Part shown: piece after piece, positions 47,801-56,050 of the stretch
How the letters are laid out: every line of letters starts with the position of its first letter
How positions within the stretch are numbered: position 1 is the stretch's first letter
Assembly: GCA_044226015.1 (NCBI GenBank)
Contig: JBGAHS010000002.1
Span: 915,435-979,434, forward strand
DNA from: Candidatus Obscuribacteraceae bacterium
Lineage (GTDB): Bacteria > Cyanobacteriota > Vampirovibrionia > Obscuribacterales > Obscuribacteraceae
Length of the DNA stretch: 64,000 nt
Reading direction: 5' to 3'
Notes under the pieces: model-generated
The model's input: only the letters and a program-made list of their open reading frames with translations
Database searches by the model: none
What the model was told of the DNA's origin: nothing
Program-made: the position numbers and the translations under genes

Positions 47801-50800
47801 CAGAGCGTCCAAGAGTCAAATTGAATCCGAGGGCGCGGCCGCCATCGGCATATATGTGTCCTTTGTTGGTGAGATTGGCAACGAAATCAGTGGCAGTGAT
47901 GAGAACCTGGCCACCTTGCCCTCCGGTACCCTGGTCACCAAGCCTGCCTCCGGCACCGCCGCTTCCATTGCTGGCATTGCCACCGTTTCCGCCAAAAGCA
48001 TTGTAGGCTCCTGCAAAACCGCCGTTTGCGTCGATTTGAGACGTATCACTCAACGTAATAGTTGCAGTTCCCAGCTGTGATGTCGAAATCTCTATGCCCC
48101 CGAAACCAGTGGCACCACCACCGGCACCACCAGCCCCACTGTTGCCGACTGCACCTCCGGCTCCACCGCTGAGCCCCGAACCACCAACGCCTCCACTGGC
48201 AAACTGAGCACCACCATCTCCACCATTTGCGTTAATAAGACCCGGAATGATATTCGCCACTCCGGTAATTTTGATGTCACCACCGGCGCCGCCCTTTCCG
48301 GCATCAAGGACGGCACCCCCAGCGCCTCCGGCAGCAGTGCTACCCTTGCCACCATCGCCAGCTTTTGCGAACAAACTGCCGCCCGAACCGCCACCAGCTG
48401 AAAGCGCAGGCAGTGTGATGTCACCTTGCTGAGAACTTATGGTGATAGATCCACCATTGCCACCATCGCCTGATGCGCCGACCTGACCACCCTTGCCACC
48501 TGCAGCACCGTCACCACCTATGCCAGCATTTGCAACGAGCGATTTTCCGACTGAGCCGACTGAGCCACCAATGCCACCCAGAGCGGAGAGCGGCTCTGAA
48601 AGTGTGATGCTTGAGTCCGTAGTCAGCTTTATCTGCCCACCTTTGCCTCCGGCTCCAGCTCCAAGTATTGAGCCGCCGGCACCGCCCTGCTTAGAGCCAG
48701 CAGCACCCGCGCCAGCATCCGCCAGAATGCTTCCTCCCGAACCGCCATTAACTTTTACCTCGACCCCAGCACTGATGGCTGCCAGTCCGGTAACCGCGGT
48801 TAGCTTGCCACCACCGCCTCCCTTGCCAGCGGGACTGATGTCACCGCCCGCACCACCCATTGTCGTCCCTGCACCACCTGCGCCAGAGCCGACGAGAATG
48901 TCGCCGCCAGAACCAGCACTCATATCCATAGAACCTAAAAGAGTGATAGTCCCCAATTTAGAGTTCAAAGTGACGGTACCACCATCACCGCCATCACCAG
49001 ACCCCATCACAATGCCGCCAGAACCGCCATTAGCACCGCTTCCACCTGCACCGCTCTTTTCAGGGCTAGCACCAGCACCACCTTTTGCATTGATTGTGTC
49101 AATCAATATGTTGCCCAAGATTGTCGTAACACTAATGGAACCGCCCGCAGAGCCATCAGAGGGCGTACCACTATTGCCGCCTTTGCCGCCAGTCGATTTT
49201 CCTGGACCACCATCTGCTCCGGCTCCACCCGCTACGCCAGCTCCACCACTGACATCTAAACCAAAGAGGATAACGTCACCAACCTTTGAACTTACAGTAA
49301 TCTTCCCGCCTGTTTGAGAAGCACCGCCTGCGCCACCACTACCCCCGATGCCTCCAGCGCTTGCAAGAACGCCGCCAACTCCGGCAGCACCACCTACGCC
49401 ACCAACACCACCAGTTCCGCCTTTGACACTTATCACGGTGAATGGCAGCTGTGTTAAAGCGGAAGTATCAACAGTCAAGTTAACCGAACCTGCGCGACCA
49501 CCTGCGCCACCTGCACCTCCGATGCCACCACCTTTACCAGATCCACTTCCGGCACCGCCCGCTCCACCGGCGCCTCCTGTGCCACCATCAGAGAGAATGC
49601 TTGCAGCAAGAGTAATTCCAATAGGTGCTGTTAAATCAACTTTGCCGCCACTACCGCCACCCTGCCCGGCTTTGCCATCGGCACCACCGACACCTGCTGC
49701 TCCAGCTGTTCCTGCAGCGCCAGAAGCCAGTATCGACGACAACACATTTATTGTGTTTCCTTTTATTGTTATGTCGCCACCATTGTGTCCGCCAGAAAAG
49801 CCAGCAGAAATCAGTTCAGCCTGAACGTCAACCTTTCCACCGCTTATTAGAGTTATAGAGCCACTCTCGATAGCAATTTGCTTATTGATTGAGATATCAA
49901 AATTATTCGGTATAGTCGAATATTGAACCAGTCCCTTTCCCGTGCCAGTGCTGTCGAAAGACATAGCAACAATCGGCTTAGCTGCCACCAACTGAACTGA
50001 GCCAGCAGTGGCACTGTTACCCCCGACAGAAAAGACGCTGATGTTATCAAAGGCTTTGCTCGTCGAAGGCAAGGAGCCGCCCGCTACAGCCAGCAATGAG
50101 CCATTTTTTCCAGTCCCCGAGCCACCCGACAGCACAGACAAATTGCCTATACCGCCGTTAGATCCATTAGCATAGGCGATAAGCAGGACATTGCCACCAT
50201 CCTGATTTAAACCGGTAGAACTTGAGTTCAATACAGCACCGGAGAGATCAATATTACCCCCCTTGGCTGATGCTCCCTGCACTGTCACTGTTTGTCCTGA
50301 CAAAATGCTGCCACTCAGCGGAGGAATCGCTGATACAGCAACGGCACCGCCCGTTGCAAGAAGCGAAGCACCTGCTATCAAACTGATATCGTGACCCTGT
50401 TTCGTCGTCTTGTCTTGAGCTGTGATGCTTATATTTGGAGACGCTGTGATATCACCACTAGCTAATATCGCCAGATTTTCATCAACCTGAATGTTCGAAG
50501 TTATCTGTATATTTCCATTATCGTTGAAAAATGTAGGGTCTTTAACGTCGATAGCACCCAAATACAAAGTGTCTGAATTTGAACCGATGTGAGCTGCATA
50601 ACCGGTTACATTCGTCACACCATTGGCGGTGTCAATGAAACTTCGGATCTCACCAAGTCCGGAATTATAATTTATTTGAGGAGCATTAATTGAGCCTCCG
50701 AGCAGCGATAACACAGAATGTGCTTTCAAGCCGCTGCCGCCAACGTTAACTGCACCATTCAATGCTTCAATAGTTCCACCACTATTATTGATGTTTACGA

Positions 50801-51506
50801 ATTTCGGCAAGGAACTTGCAAGGTTCAGCCCCAATTGCTGCACAGAGGTTGTGTAGAGTGATGGGTTTGCAAGATTTACGGCCCCGTTTATTGATGAGAT
50901 CAATCCAGAATTGGCCACTGCACGCGACAGAACATTCACATTATTGGCTGCTTGCAAACTTGCCAAAACGGAAGAACCAGCGACGCTAGTGTTGCTTATG
51001 CTGCCACCTGCAACGAGACTCAAGCTGTTGGCACTGCGGATTGTGCCCTGATTGACGATGTTTTGCAGAGCTACAAGAGTCAAACTCAGATTTGGAATAG
51101 CATTCGAAAAACCGGCAAGACCGCTTTGAGGAAGCACTGTGGTTATCAATGCACCTGGCGCGTTGAAGATGTTTCTGGCAATAAGTGTGGCAGTCGTCGT
51201 TAAAGGGTTTGTTGAAACGACATAAATGGTGCCGAGATTTGAGAGGTTACCATTCATCTTGTGAATAGGACCATTGCTCACATCGATAACGAATGTGCTG
51301 CCAATCGGAATATTCATACTAGACCCGGTTGTGGAAGCCTTAGAGCCTGGTCTTAGTGTTGAAGAAGACAAAAGATTTGTCGTTGGAACAATTGGGTCAG
51401 CCACCGCATTCGGTGCAAATACTAAAGAGGAAACTTGAGAAAGACTTACAAAAATGACACACGCAGATGCAGCCGAAGCCACCGGCTTTGTTGAGCCCTT
51501 GTTCAT
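41862..51506 (-). CDS. Giant secreted PGRS-like glycine-rich / beta-helix protein (3214 aa) with FecR-like C-terminal domain
   Basis: Signal peptide ending AVA-D; long GGxGGxGG tracts alternating with beta-strand segments; termini homologous to 22184..30079. Confidence 0.88.
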   Translation of the reverse strand: MNKGSTKPVASAASACVIFVSLSQVSSLVFAPNAVADPIVPTTNLLSSSTLRPGSKASTTGSSMNIPIGSTFVIDVSNGPIHKMNGNLSNLGTIYVVSTNPLTTTATLIARNIFNAPGALITTVLPQSGLAGFSNAIPNLSLTLVALQNIVNQGTIRSANSLSLVAGGSISNTSVAGSSVLASLQAANNVNVLSRAVANSGLISSINGAVNLANPSLYTTSVQQLGLNLASSLPKFVNINNSGGTIEALNGAVNVGGSGLKAHSVLSLLGGSINAPQINYNSGLGEIRSFIDTANGVTNVTGYAAHIGSNSDTLYLGAIDVKDPTFFNDNGNIQITSNIQVDENLAILASGDITASPNISITAQDKTTKQGHDISLIAGASLLATGGAVAVSAIPPLSGSILSGQTVTVQGASAKGGNIDLSGAVLNSSSTGLNQDGGNVLLIAYANGSNGGIGNLSVLSGGSGTGKNGSLLAVAGGSLPSTSKAFDNISVFSVGGNSATAGSVQLVAAKPIVAMSFDSTGTGKGLVQYSTIPNNFDISINKQIAIESGSITLISGGKVDVQAELISAGFSGGHNGGDITIKGNTINVLSSILASGAAGTAGAAGVGGADGKAGQGGGSGGKVDLTAPIGITLAASILSDGGTGGAGGAGGAGSGSGKGGGIGGAGGAGGRAGSVNLTVDTSALTQLPFTVISVKGGTGGVGGVGGAAGVGGVLASAGGIGGSGGAGGASQTGGKITVSSKVGDVILFGLDVSGGAGVAGGAGADGGPGKSTGGKGGNSGTPSDGSAGGSISVTTILGNILIDTINAKGGAGASPEKSGAGGSGANGGSGGIVMGSGDGGDGGTVTLNSKLGTITLLGSMDMSAGSGGDILVGSGAGGAGTTMGGAGGDISPAGKGGGGGKLTAVTGLAAISAGVEVKVNGGSGGSILADAGAGAAGSKQGGAGGSILGAGAGGKGGQIKLTTDSSITLSEPLSALGGIGGSVGSVGKSLVANAGIGGDGAAGGKGGQVGASGDGGNGGSITISSQQGDITLPALSAGGGSGGSLFAKAGDGGKGSTAAGGAGGAVLDAGKGGAGGDIKITGVANIIPGLINANGGDGGAQFASGGVGGSGLSGGAGGAVGNSGAGGAGGGATGFGGIEISTSQLGTATITLSDTSQIDANGGFAGAYNAFGGNGGNASNGSGGAGGRLGDQGTGGQGGQVLITATDFVANLTNKGHIYADGGRALGFNLTLGRSGNGGDGGGSGNGGNGGMVGHGGSGGAGGFVQISVSNAFTSSTTGEQDLIGARGGDVFFNLASSGSGGNAGAKGNANTRGGNGGEILSNGNAGKGGSITILGGTGDISGFGTLAVAGGHVSAASPHSGAGGSGNVIGVGGNSGIIRGNGNAGNGGIISIGTSSGKILLVPLIAPGGDVEQGWNPVTGDGGRGGSTSGRGGNSGLIENNGNAGKGGYILLGSDSGQIGISGNTSATWLVAGGAVGAASPTTGKGGDASTGNGGNSGDIGSSGEGGVGGTVIAISKSGNIFTPKGSVIATGGDGGLYSASTGNGGSVSVKGDGGKSGSIAINADRSFTGNGGDAGSVSLSTDTGTASNVGVIILRGGVANGNLSRTGNGGSTVNGVGGDSGSIGKGGKGGLGGTLSITSGGDFTGGEVIAAYGGNAASQNYAPITGNGGNGTIKGGNAGDIDHEGIAGNGGDVSITSTNGDITPAQIFAFGGTTGIYTKDGTYLGPTIFNAHTGNGGNAIGDSSKGGIGGNGGTIGNAVQGGVGGSIKIDAAKSIPGSSLYTVDGGAGSDQASIAGNGGNGDKNGGKGGSVGSAGSGGDANYIKLTAEAGPSLIVRTVDAIGGSGGSNKGVAGNGGNAVYGLGAAGDGGALGDINSSFHLASGSGGNGGTVEINSLSISPVTFDCGANEGLRAYGGRGGDVTGKSGNGGNSLGLASRDSAGGKGGDILNAGGGGKGGKYVFTMDGGTVQLPLVSVYGGDSGAYLPTLTGSGGNGTNTKPGGTGGSLGAQGDGGRGGNLEVSAASISITASSPLILASGGNASAYVGVAGNGGNGGSNVSQIAGGGSGGKIDSAGSGGAGGLIKLTSKANQILIDGLLSVDGGQRGLVNQTGGNGGNGVSPLLGSKIGGGGGAGGSVAKAGHGGDSGRVVLDGQSTISGAGGILARGGDSFGILQIGGNGGDGKANGAGGVGGDIGGGGDAGSSLNKPGLYAIDISSKSDIGLTVILASGGSINGDFDGSGGAGGDAGSLSGAGGASGSVFDNGAGGGGGNVRITSISGAVSTTTVDAHGGSVGNMNAKSLTPGSQIAQNGDGGKSGAVGKNGDAGAGGSLTISTDGTFLANPTSSWNFSGGSVGAYNGTSADGGTGAPTAGKIVGGAGGGSGFVGSNGKAGSGGSISISTKLDATINADINLNGGSVLGIYAGKSGNGGVGGASGGAAGDTSGNGSAGAGGSFTFAGLGSSKLTCQNISASGGGVADNKGISGNGGSSTKAGGSGGNAGSGADGGAGGTISIKSDNLVSVTGSLIAEGSDGGNNYAVGGSGGTGLSGGAGGKVLDAGDGGRAGAISVESVNSDVTITGSVSINQGNGGTQNGIGGTGAVSNTGEDARGGGSGGNVGNAGNAGSAGFVIGPGGSITISASNNLLIGGSVTANGGKGGDNYGVAGSGGDSGSTGGAGGNVLNAGDGGKGGSVTLKALTGDMTISGSVLANQGDGGSQVSSAGSGGDASSSGRDSTGGNGGGIGRAGDGGASGVVAGVPGIVLNSGSDINITGSVTVLGGNGGDNLGIAGDGGNNPLHGGDGGTVDRAGNAGGKVVLLPSVKAISITAGSSITITGSISADGGVGGDQLGVAGKGGDASTSPTIKGTGGNGGNVNPSGNGGNGGDITISGGNSFSPPTSLGGLAGLQLGVAGLKGLGLTPGKDGTVSPQGKAGQPGTILTSLVPWSPGESEENPFAKKRSKTFITFRGLELPLASGTNLAMSGAEGSTEESELKGISFVEVVPSEAELNESYRAAVAKTAVANLVSDSVFTSDLKSKLARAGVSIRAGKGRSNFELESGALLLAPSKNVVLKTNHGALEIAAGAKVIVETSAEFTAVRTLHDRKPGDVRLISGNDAIEVNLGWQAVATNQTQRPALDFCHSTGVAVRNLSSQTLANGMRIHSSEFSVTAALVNDKTLQALRQSKEKADQKHYSQIVKDACILTSLNLRKGNYSQY

Positions 51507-51826
51507 TTTTATGCCCCCGAAAGATGGTTTGGTATTTTTTGACCCTTTATTCAGTATACAGAGGGGTATTCAAAGAGCATATACATTTCTATGCCTCTCG
51601 ACCGGAAATGTTGGCTAGCAACAAAGTGCTACCGATGCAGACTAGCCAGACACGAATTTAAAAGATATCTCAGCTAAGAACAGAGTCCTTGTCACATCAT
51701 TACTCTGGCGAAATAGATGCCCAAACCAGGTAAATGAAGTGCTCTCAGGAGAGACAGAAGTTGTCAACACAAGAATTCCCGGTTGTCGCAAAATTTGCGA
51801 CTGAGCACAGCGAGCTTGCAAAGTAG

Positions 51827-51875
51827 AAGCCCTCTCGCTCTGTTTTGCAGGATCAAGCGGAGAGGGCTTTATTTG
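51827..51875. terminator. Hairpin, possibly a bidirectional terminator
   Basis: 10-bp stem AAGCCCTCTC / GAGAGGGCTT with short T-rich tails on both strands. Confidence 0.5.
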
Positions 51876-52148
51876 GTAGACCTGAACTACAAACCGACTA
51901 ATCCAGAGAACGATCACCGGTAGGATAAAATGTCGGCTCGTAAGAGCTGCGTTCATCAAGATGCAGCCTGATACCATCTGCAGTATCACCATTAAGTTCC
52001 AGGTCTGGACCAAATTCAACCACTTCGTCCGCACCGCTAACTCCAACTCCCGCAGCAATTCGCGAACGAGAACCCAGCGCGACTTCAGCACCAGCTCTAA
52101 CGCCAGCGGCGTCTTCAATTCCCTGATTGCCGCGCAGTTAGCTTCGTC

Positions 52149-52167
52149 GTAAACAACAAATAAACAA
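52149..52167 (+). promoter_or_regulatory. Candidate operator, copy 1 (TAAACAA direct repeat, 11-bp period)
   Basis: GTAAACAACAAATAAACAA, 18/19 identical to 52771-52789. Confidence 0.55.
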
Positions 52168-52244
52168 GTCCTTACTATATTGAAATCATACAACTACTCA
52201 AATGTGCCATGAGACTCACTCATCAATTGGCAAAGTGATGCAAT

Positions 52245-52721
52245 ATGGAAAGGAACAGAACAAAACTGGTCTACCTCGCTCTTCTACTCGCTCTATTTAC
52301 GTTAGCACCAGCTGCAGAAGCACAGATTTCAACAGAGAATAACAGAAATACAGCGAGTTCAGAGACAAATTTAGAAGCACCCTCCGATGATAACGCCTCG
52401 AAATGGCGATCAACAGTCCCTGACGGCAGCAAAGGCTTGATGCGAAGCAATGCAACACAACAAATTGCATACGCTACACGTCCAGAAATTCAAGAAGCAG
52501 CTTCGAGCATTCTTCGCATGGTTTCGGAAATTTCCAGACGAGGGGAGATAGTCGTCGTAAAGGTTCCAGCGTACAACTTCCTCGGCGTACTGCAGGAAAT
52601 GCAAAACAGAAAGGCACGTTTTCTCATGCCGAACAGCAAGATACCAGCCTACGCTAGAGCAGTTTTCCGACTTGAGTCCGAACAAGCAGGACTGAGTCAA
52701 TTAGTTTACTTGCCAAACTGA
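52245..52721 (+). CDS. Exported hypothetical protein (158 aa)
   Basis: Sec signal peptide ending AEA-Q; no family recognised. Confidence 0.75.
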   Translation: MERNRTKLVYLALLLALFTLAPAAEAQISTENNRNTASSETNLEAPSDDNASKWRSTVPDGSKGLMRSNATQQIAYATRPEIQEAASSILRMVSEISRRGEIVVVKVPAYNFLGVLQEMQNRKARFLMPNSKIPAYARAVFRLESEQAGLSQLVYLPN

Positions 52722-52770
52722 AGTCTCTTCCAGCGCTGTCGTTCAAGGCGGCGCTAACTTCAGTTTACCT

Positions 52771-52789
52771 GTAAACAACATATAAACAA
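52771..52789 (+). promoter_or_regulatory. Candidate operator, copy 2
   Basis: GTAAACAACATATAAACAA upstream of 52844. Confidence 0.55.
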
Positions 52790-52843
52790 CACAAGTCTAA
52801 ATTACTAAACATAAGCCACAGCGCACCTACAAGGATTAGAGCA

Positions 52844-54178
52844 ATGGGACACGGACATCACGAACTGGTTGAGAAAAATAGCGACTCCAAGGTCAGCGGG
52901 TCATCACTGGCAAAGACAGTAAACGCTGCCGATGAATCATTCAATGACTTATTCAAGAAAGCAACCAATGCTGTTGAGCAAATTCCAATTGCGATGATTA
53001 CAGGAAATATGACAGGCATCACGAAGGCTCTTGAAAGTGGAGGAAAGGTTGCTTCTGACGCGATCCTAGTGTCAACCAATGGTTTATTCACTGACTCAAG
53101 ACTGATGGAAGGTCTTATGCAAGGTTTGACAAAAGCGCTTCACGACAACGAAGTTGCAGAGCACCGTCAACATAAGATTGCCGAGAAAGCGCTTCACGAC
53201 CCAAAAACTCAGCAAGTTCGAGAAATACATAATGGTCAAGCCGTCGAGACAGTTGTTGTTGAAAAGAAAGATGGCTCAGTGCAAACATTCAAACCAGATG
53301 GAACGAAAATCGTCGAAACAGCAGACGGTACAAAAACTACCGAGTACCCCAAAGATGTTGATGGGACCGTAGCGAAGGTCATTGAAAAGTCTAACGGGGA
53401 GAAGGAAACGATTAATCGTGACGGCTCAAAGGTTTATGAATCTCCTGAACTTCAAGGAAAGAAAATCAAAGTAGATAGAGATGGCACCGAAACCGAAATT
53501 CGCCCTAATGGCACGCAAATCATCACCAGACCGGACGGAACACAAACAAAAATTACTGCCGATGGTACAAAGCTAACCCGCAAGCCAGATGGAGAAGAAA
53601 TACTGGAAAAGCCTAACGGTGACCGGGTTGTAACTCGTCCTGAAATGATAGAAGATGACGGTACGAAAGTATGGACAAAAGACAATGGCACCGAAGTTCG
53701 TGAAGGCAAAGACGGTAGCAGAACAACCATCTACCCCGAATCTGTCAACAAGAACGTGGAGTCGATAAAGGTCAGCAAGAACGGCGACGTAGAACAGCAC
53801 CTCAGAGATGGCTCAGTCATCAAAATGGACCACAAAGGTGGAATGGAAATCACAAATAAAGATGGCAGCACATCAAAGTTCAAAGCAAACGGTGATATCG
53901 AAGTACATGACGCTCACGGCAACGGCTTCAAAATGCACAAAGGGGTCATGACCGTCGACTCAGGAGATCTGAGCACAACGTACCACAGCAAAGGTGTCAC
54001 AGAGATAAGAGACCACAAAACGGGCGATCGCACCATCAAGACCTCAGACGGAAAAGAAATGGTCATACACAAAGATGGCACGGTCGAAGAGCGCGGCAAG
54101 AAAGACGAAGACCTCGGCGGCACTCTAGTAAAAATCGCCAACAAGGCAGCAGAACGAATTATGCGCGGCGGCTTCTAG
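52844..54178 (+). CDS. Beta-hairpin repeat protein (xPDGT/xKDGS repeats, Tcp10/CenJ G-box-like)
   Basis: More than 20 D/N-G turns at ~9-residue spacing; AAGGA RBS; no signal peptide. Confidence 0.8.
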   Translation: MGHGHHELVEKNSDSKVSGSSLAKTVNAADESFNDLFKKATNAVEQIPIAMITGNMTGITKALESGGKVASDAILVSTNGLFTDSRLMEGLMQGLTKALHDNEVAEHRQHKIAEKALHDPKTQQVREIHNGQAVETVVVEKKDGSVQTFKPDGTKIVETADGTKTTEYPKDVDGTVAKVIEKSNGEKETINRDGSKVYESPELQGKKIKVDRDGTETEIRPNGTQIITRPDGTQTKITADGTKLTRKPDGEEILEKPNGDRVVTRPEMIEDDGTKVWTKDNGTEVREGKDGSRTTIYPESVNKNVESIKVSKNGDVEQHLRDGSVIKMDHKGGMEITNKDGSTSKFKANGDIEVHDAHGNGFKMHKGVMTVDSGDLSTTYHSKGVTEIRDHKTGDRTIKTSDGKEMVIHKDGTVEERGKKDEDLGGTLVKIANKAAERIMRGGF

Positions 54179-55334
54179 CGCGTACTTCACAGGCTTGAGC
54201 AATATCATATTGCTTGCGGTAGAGAGACTCATACATTGGCACCAACCTATCGGCGGAGAAGAAATTCTCCGCCCTGATTTTTCCGTTTTTGCCAAGGCGC
54301 TCACGTAATTCTTTATCGCTAATGAGCCTCTCTACTTGCCTTGCAAGTGCATCAGCATCCCCAAAATCGACAAGAAGCCCACACTTATTCTCTATCATAA
54401 GCTCAGGAATGCCACCAACCCTGGTAGCAACACTTGGACAGCCAAATGACATAGCTTCCAATATGCTCAGACAGAAACTCTCTGATTCTGAGGTAAAAAG
54501 TCCAATATCAGCAGCTTGCATATAGCTTTCTACTTCAGGAACACTTTCTCGGACAATAATGCGATCTTGCAATCCTAGCCGCTGCACCATTTCCACATAA
54601 GGCGAAAAACTGCCGCCAGCCACAATGACCAATCTGAATGAATCAGATGGGCGAATTCTTGCGACTGTCTCTAGAAGCAGATCTATGCGCTTGACTGGTC
54701 TCAGGTTAGAGGTGTGAACAAGCATGACCTGATCGTCCCTGATACCTAGCTCTGCACGCAAGGACTCACGCGATTGCAGCGGTACGCCTCGTTCGTAGAA
54801 ATTATGAATGACCTCGATTGGACCATCGAACCCAATTACTCTTCTTGTTTCGTTCTTCAAAAACTCAGATACGGTCGTCACTTCATCCGAGTGCGTCAAT
54901 GCATGATGAATAGCAGGACCGTAACCGGGGTCACTTCCCAGTAGCGTAGTGTCCGTACCGTGCAAAGTAGTCACAATTCTGGGTTGCTCGTGTGGAGCCA
55001 GCATACAATGCGCAAGAATAGCGGCAGTTGCGTGTGGCACCGCGTAGTGAACATGCAAGACATCTAATTGATAATTTCGACTGACTTCGGCCATCTTTAC
55101 GGACAGAGGCAAAGTATAGTCAGGATATTTGAACAACCCGTAGGTATTGATAGCAACGGGATGAAAATGAATCCTTTCTGCTTTTTCAGGCAAGCGAAAC
55201 GGGCGGTCATAACTAATGAAATGAACCTCATGACCGCGCTTTGCCAGTTCAATACCCAAAAGCGTTGCGACAACGCCACTACCACCTATTGATGGATAAC
55301 AGCTCATACCAATTCTCAAAGGGCAATTTGACAT
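54159..55334 (-). CDS. bshA: N-acetyl-alpha-D-glucosaminyl L-malate synthase (GT4)
   Basis: CYPSIGGSGVVAT.LG, LHVHYAVPHA, TTLHGTD, SNLRPVKR, ESFCL. Confidence 0.93.
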   Translation of the reverse strand: MSNCPLRIGMSCYPSIGGSGVVATLLGIELAKRGHEVHFISYDRPFRLPEKAERIHFHPVAINTYGLFKYPDYTLPLSVKMAEVSRNYQLDVLHVHYAVPHATAAILAHCMLAPHEQPRIVTTLHGTDTTLLGSDPGYGPAIHHALTHSDEVTTVSEFLKNETRRVIGFDGPIEVIHNFYERGVPLQSRESLRAELGIRDDQVMLVHTSNLRPVKRIDLLLETVARIRPSDSFRLVIVAGGSFSPYVEMVQRLGLQDRIIVRESVPEVESYMQAADIGLFTSESESFCLSILEAMSFGCPSVATRVGGIPELMIENKCGLLVDFGDADALARQVERLISDKELRERLGKNGKIRAENFFSADRLVPMYESLYRKQYDIAQACEVRARSRRA

Positions 55335-56050
55335 TAATACTGACGCGCTCCTCTGCCTGCACCGTCAAGCGATTCAAAAATGAGTGGGTCATTCGAATAC
55401 AAAGCCATTGCGTATTGAACACCAGCACGCTCTCCCCAAACTCGGGCGCGCGCTAACTGCAGTTCGACATAATTACGAGAAGACGTTTGGGTCAAATGCG
55501 CTTGCATTGCTTCTGTCCAGCTCTGCACAATTTCCGCATTTGAAATGTCAAACAGACTAGGCGACACACCTTCCGGTTCTCCCTCAGGAGTAACAGCATA
55601 ATAAAATAGCTGACGAATCGAATGTGCATTCGAACCTTTCAATTCTTTGAGTCCACCATAACGAGCTAAGCGGCAAGCATCACGAACTAGAAGCCCAAGA
55701 CGAGAATGATCAGGATGTTGATTTGGTGCATGACTCGGCGCAAGAATACTGGATGGTCGTATTCTCCTGATGATCTCAGCAATCTTGATTGCATGTTCAA
55801 CCTTTACTTCTAAATGAGCATCACCGTCTAGTTCAAAAAACTCGATTTCAGCACCCAAAATTCTTGCAGCATTTCGGGCCTCTTGCTCACGCTGTTCTGG
55901 CGAACCATGGGTGCCCGTCTCACCCCGAGAGCAGACATAGAGATGTACCTTTCTGCCCCGTTTTGACTCCAGAGCTACAATGCCACCGCAACCAAACTCA
56001 ATATCGTCGGGATGAGCACCAAACACGAGCAATGGGTCGCTATCAAACAT
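55334..56050 (-). CDS. bshB1: Bacillithiol biosynthesis deacetylase (PIG-L family)
   Basis: AHPDDIEFGCGG, HPDH, G.RAGVQYA; TAATG coupling to bshA. Confidence 0.88.
   Translation of the reverse strand: MFDSDPLLVFGAHPDDIEFGCGGIVALESKRGRKVHLYVCSRGETGTHGSPEQREQEARNAARILGAEIEFFELDGDAHLEVKVEHAIKIAEIIRRIRPSSILAPSHAPNQHPDHSRLGLLVRDACRLARYGGLKELKGSNAHSIRQLFYYAVTPEGEPEGVSPSLFDISNAEIVQSWTEAMQAHLTQTSSRNYVELQLARARVWGERAGVQYAMALYSNDPLIFESLDGAGRGARQY

Noticed and set aside
42289..49858. Many Pro-rich plus-strand ORFs
   Set aside because: Antisense shadows of Gly codons in the 3214-aa gene; the S/F/L-rich minus ORFs inside the other giant genes are likewise shadows.
51703..51760. Glycine riboswitch (CTCTGG...CTCTCAGG...GACAG)
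   Set aside because: Lacks the GGAGA and CCGAAG core and convincing stems; wrong strand for the glycine-rich gene.
51642..52193. 183-aa minus-strand ORF; also tmRNA or RNase P in this region
   Set aside because: The ORF reads like an off-frame translation and runs through a terminator-like hairpin; no tRNA-like ends or GAGGAAAGTCC motif.
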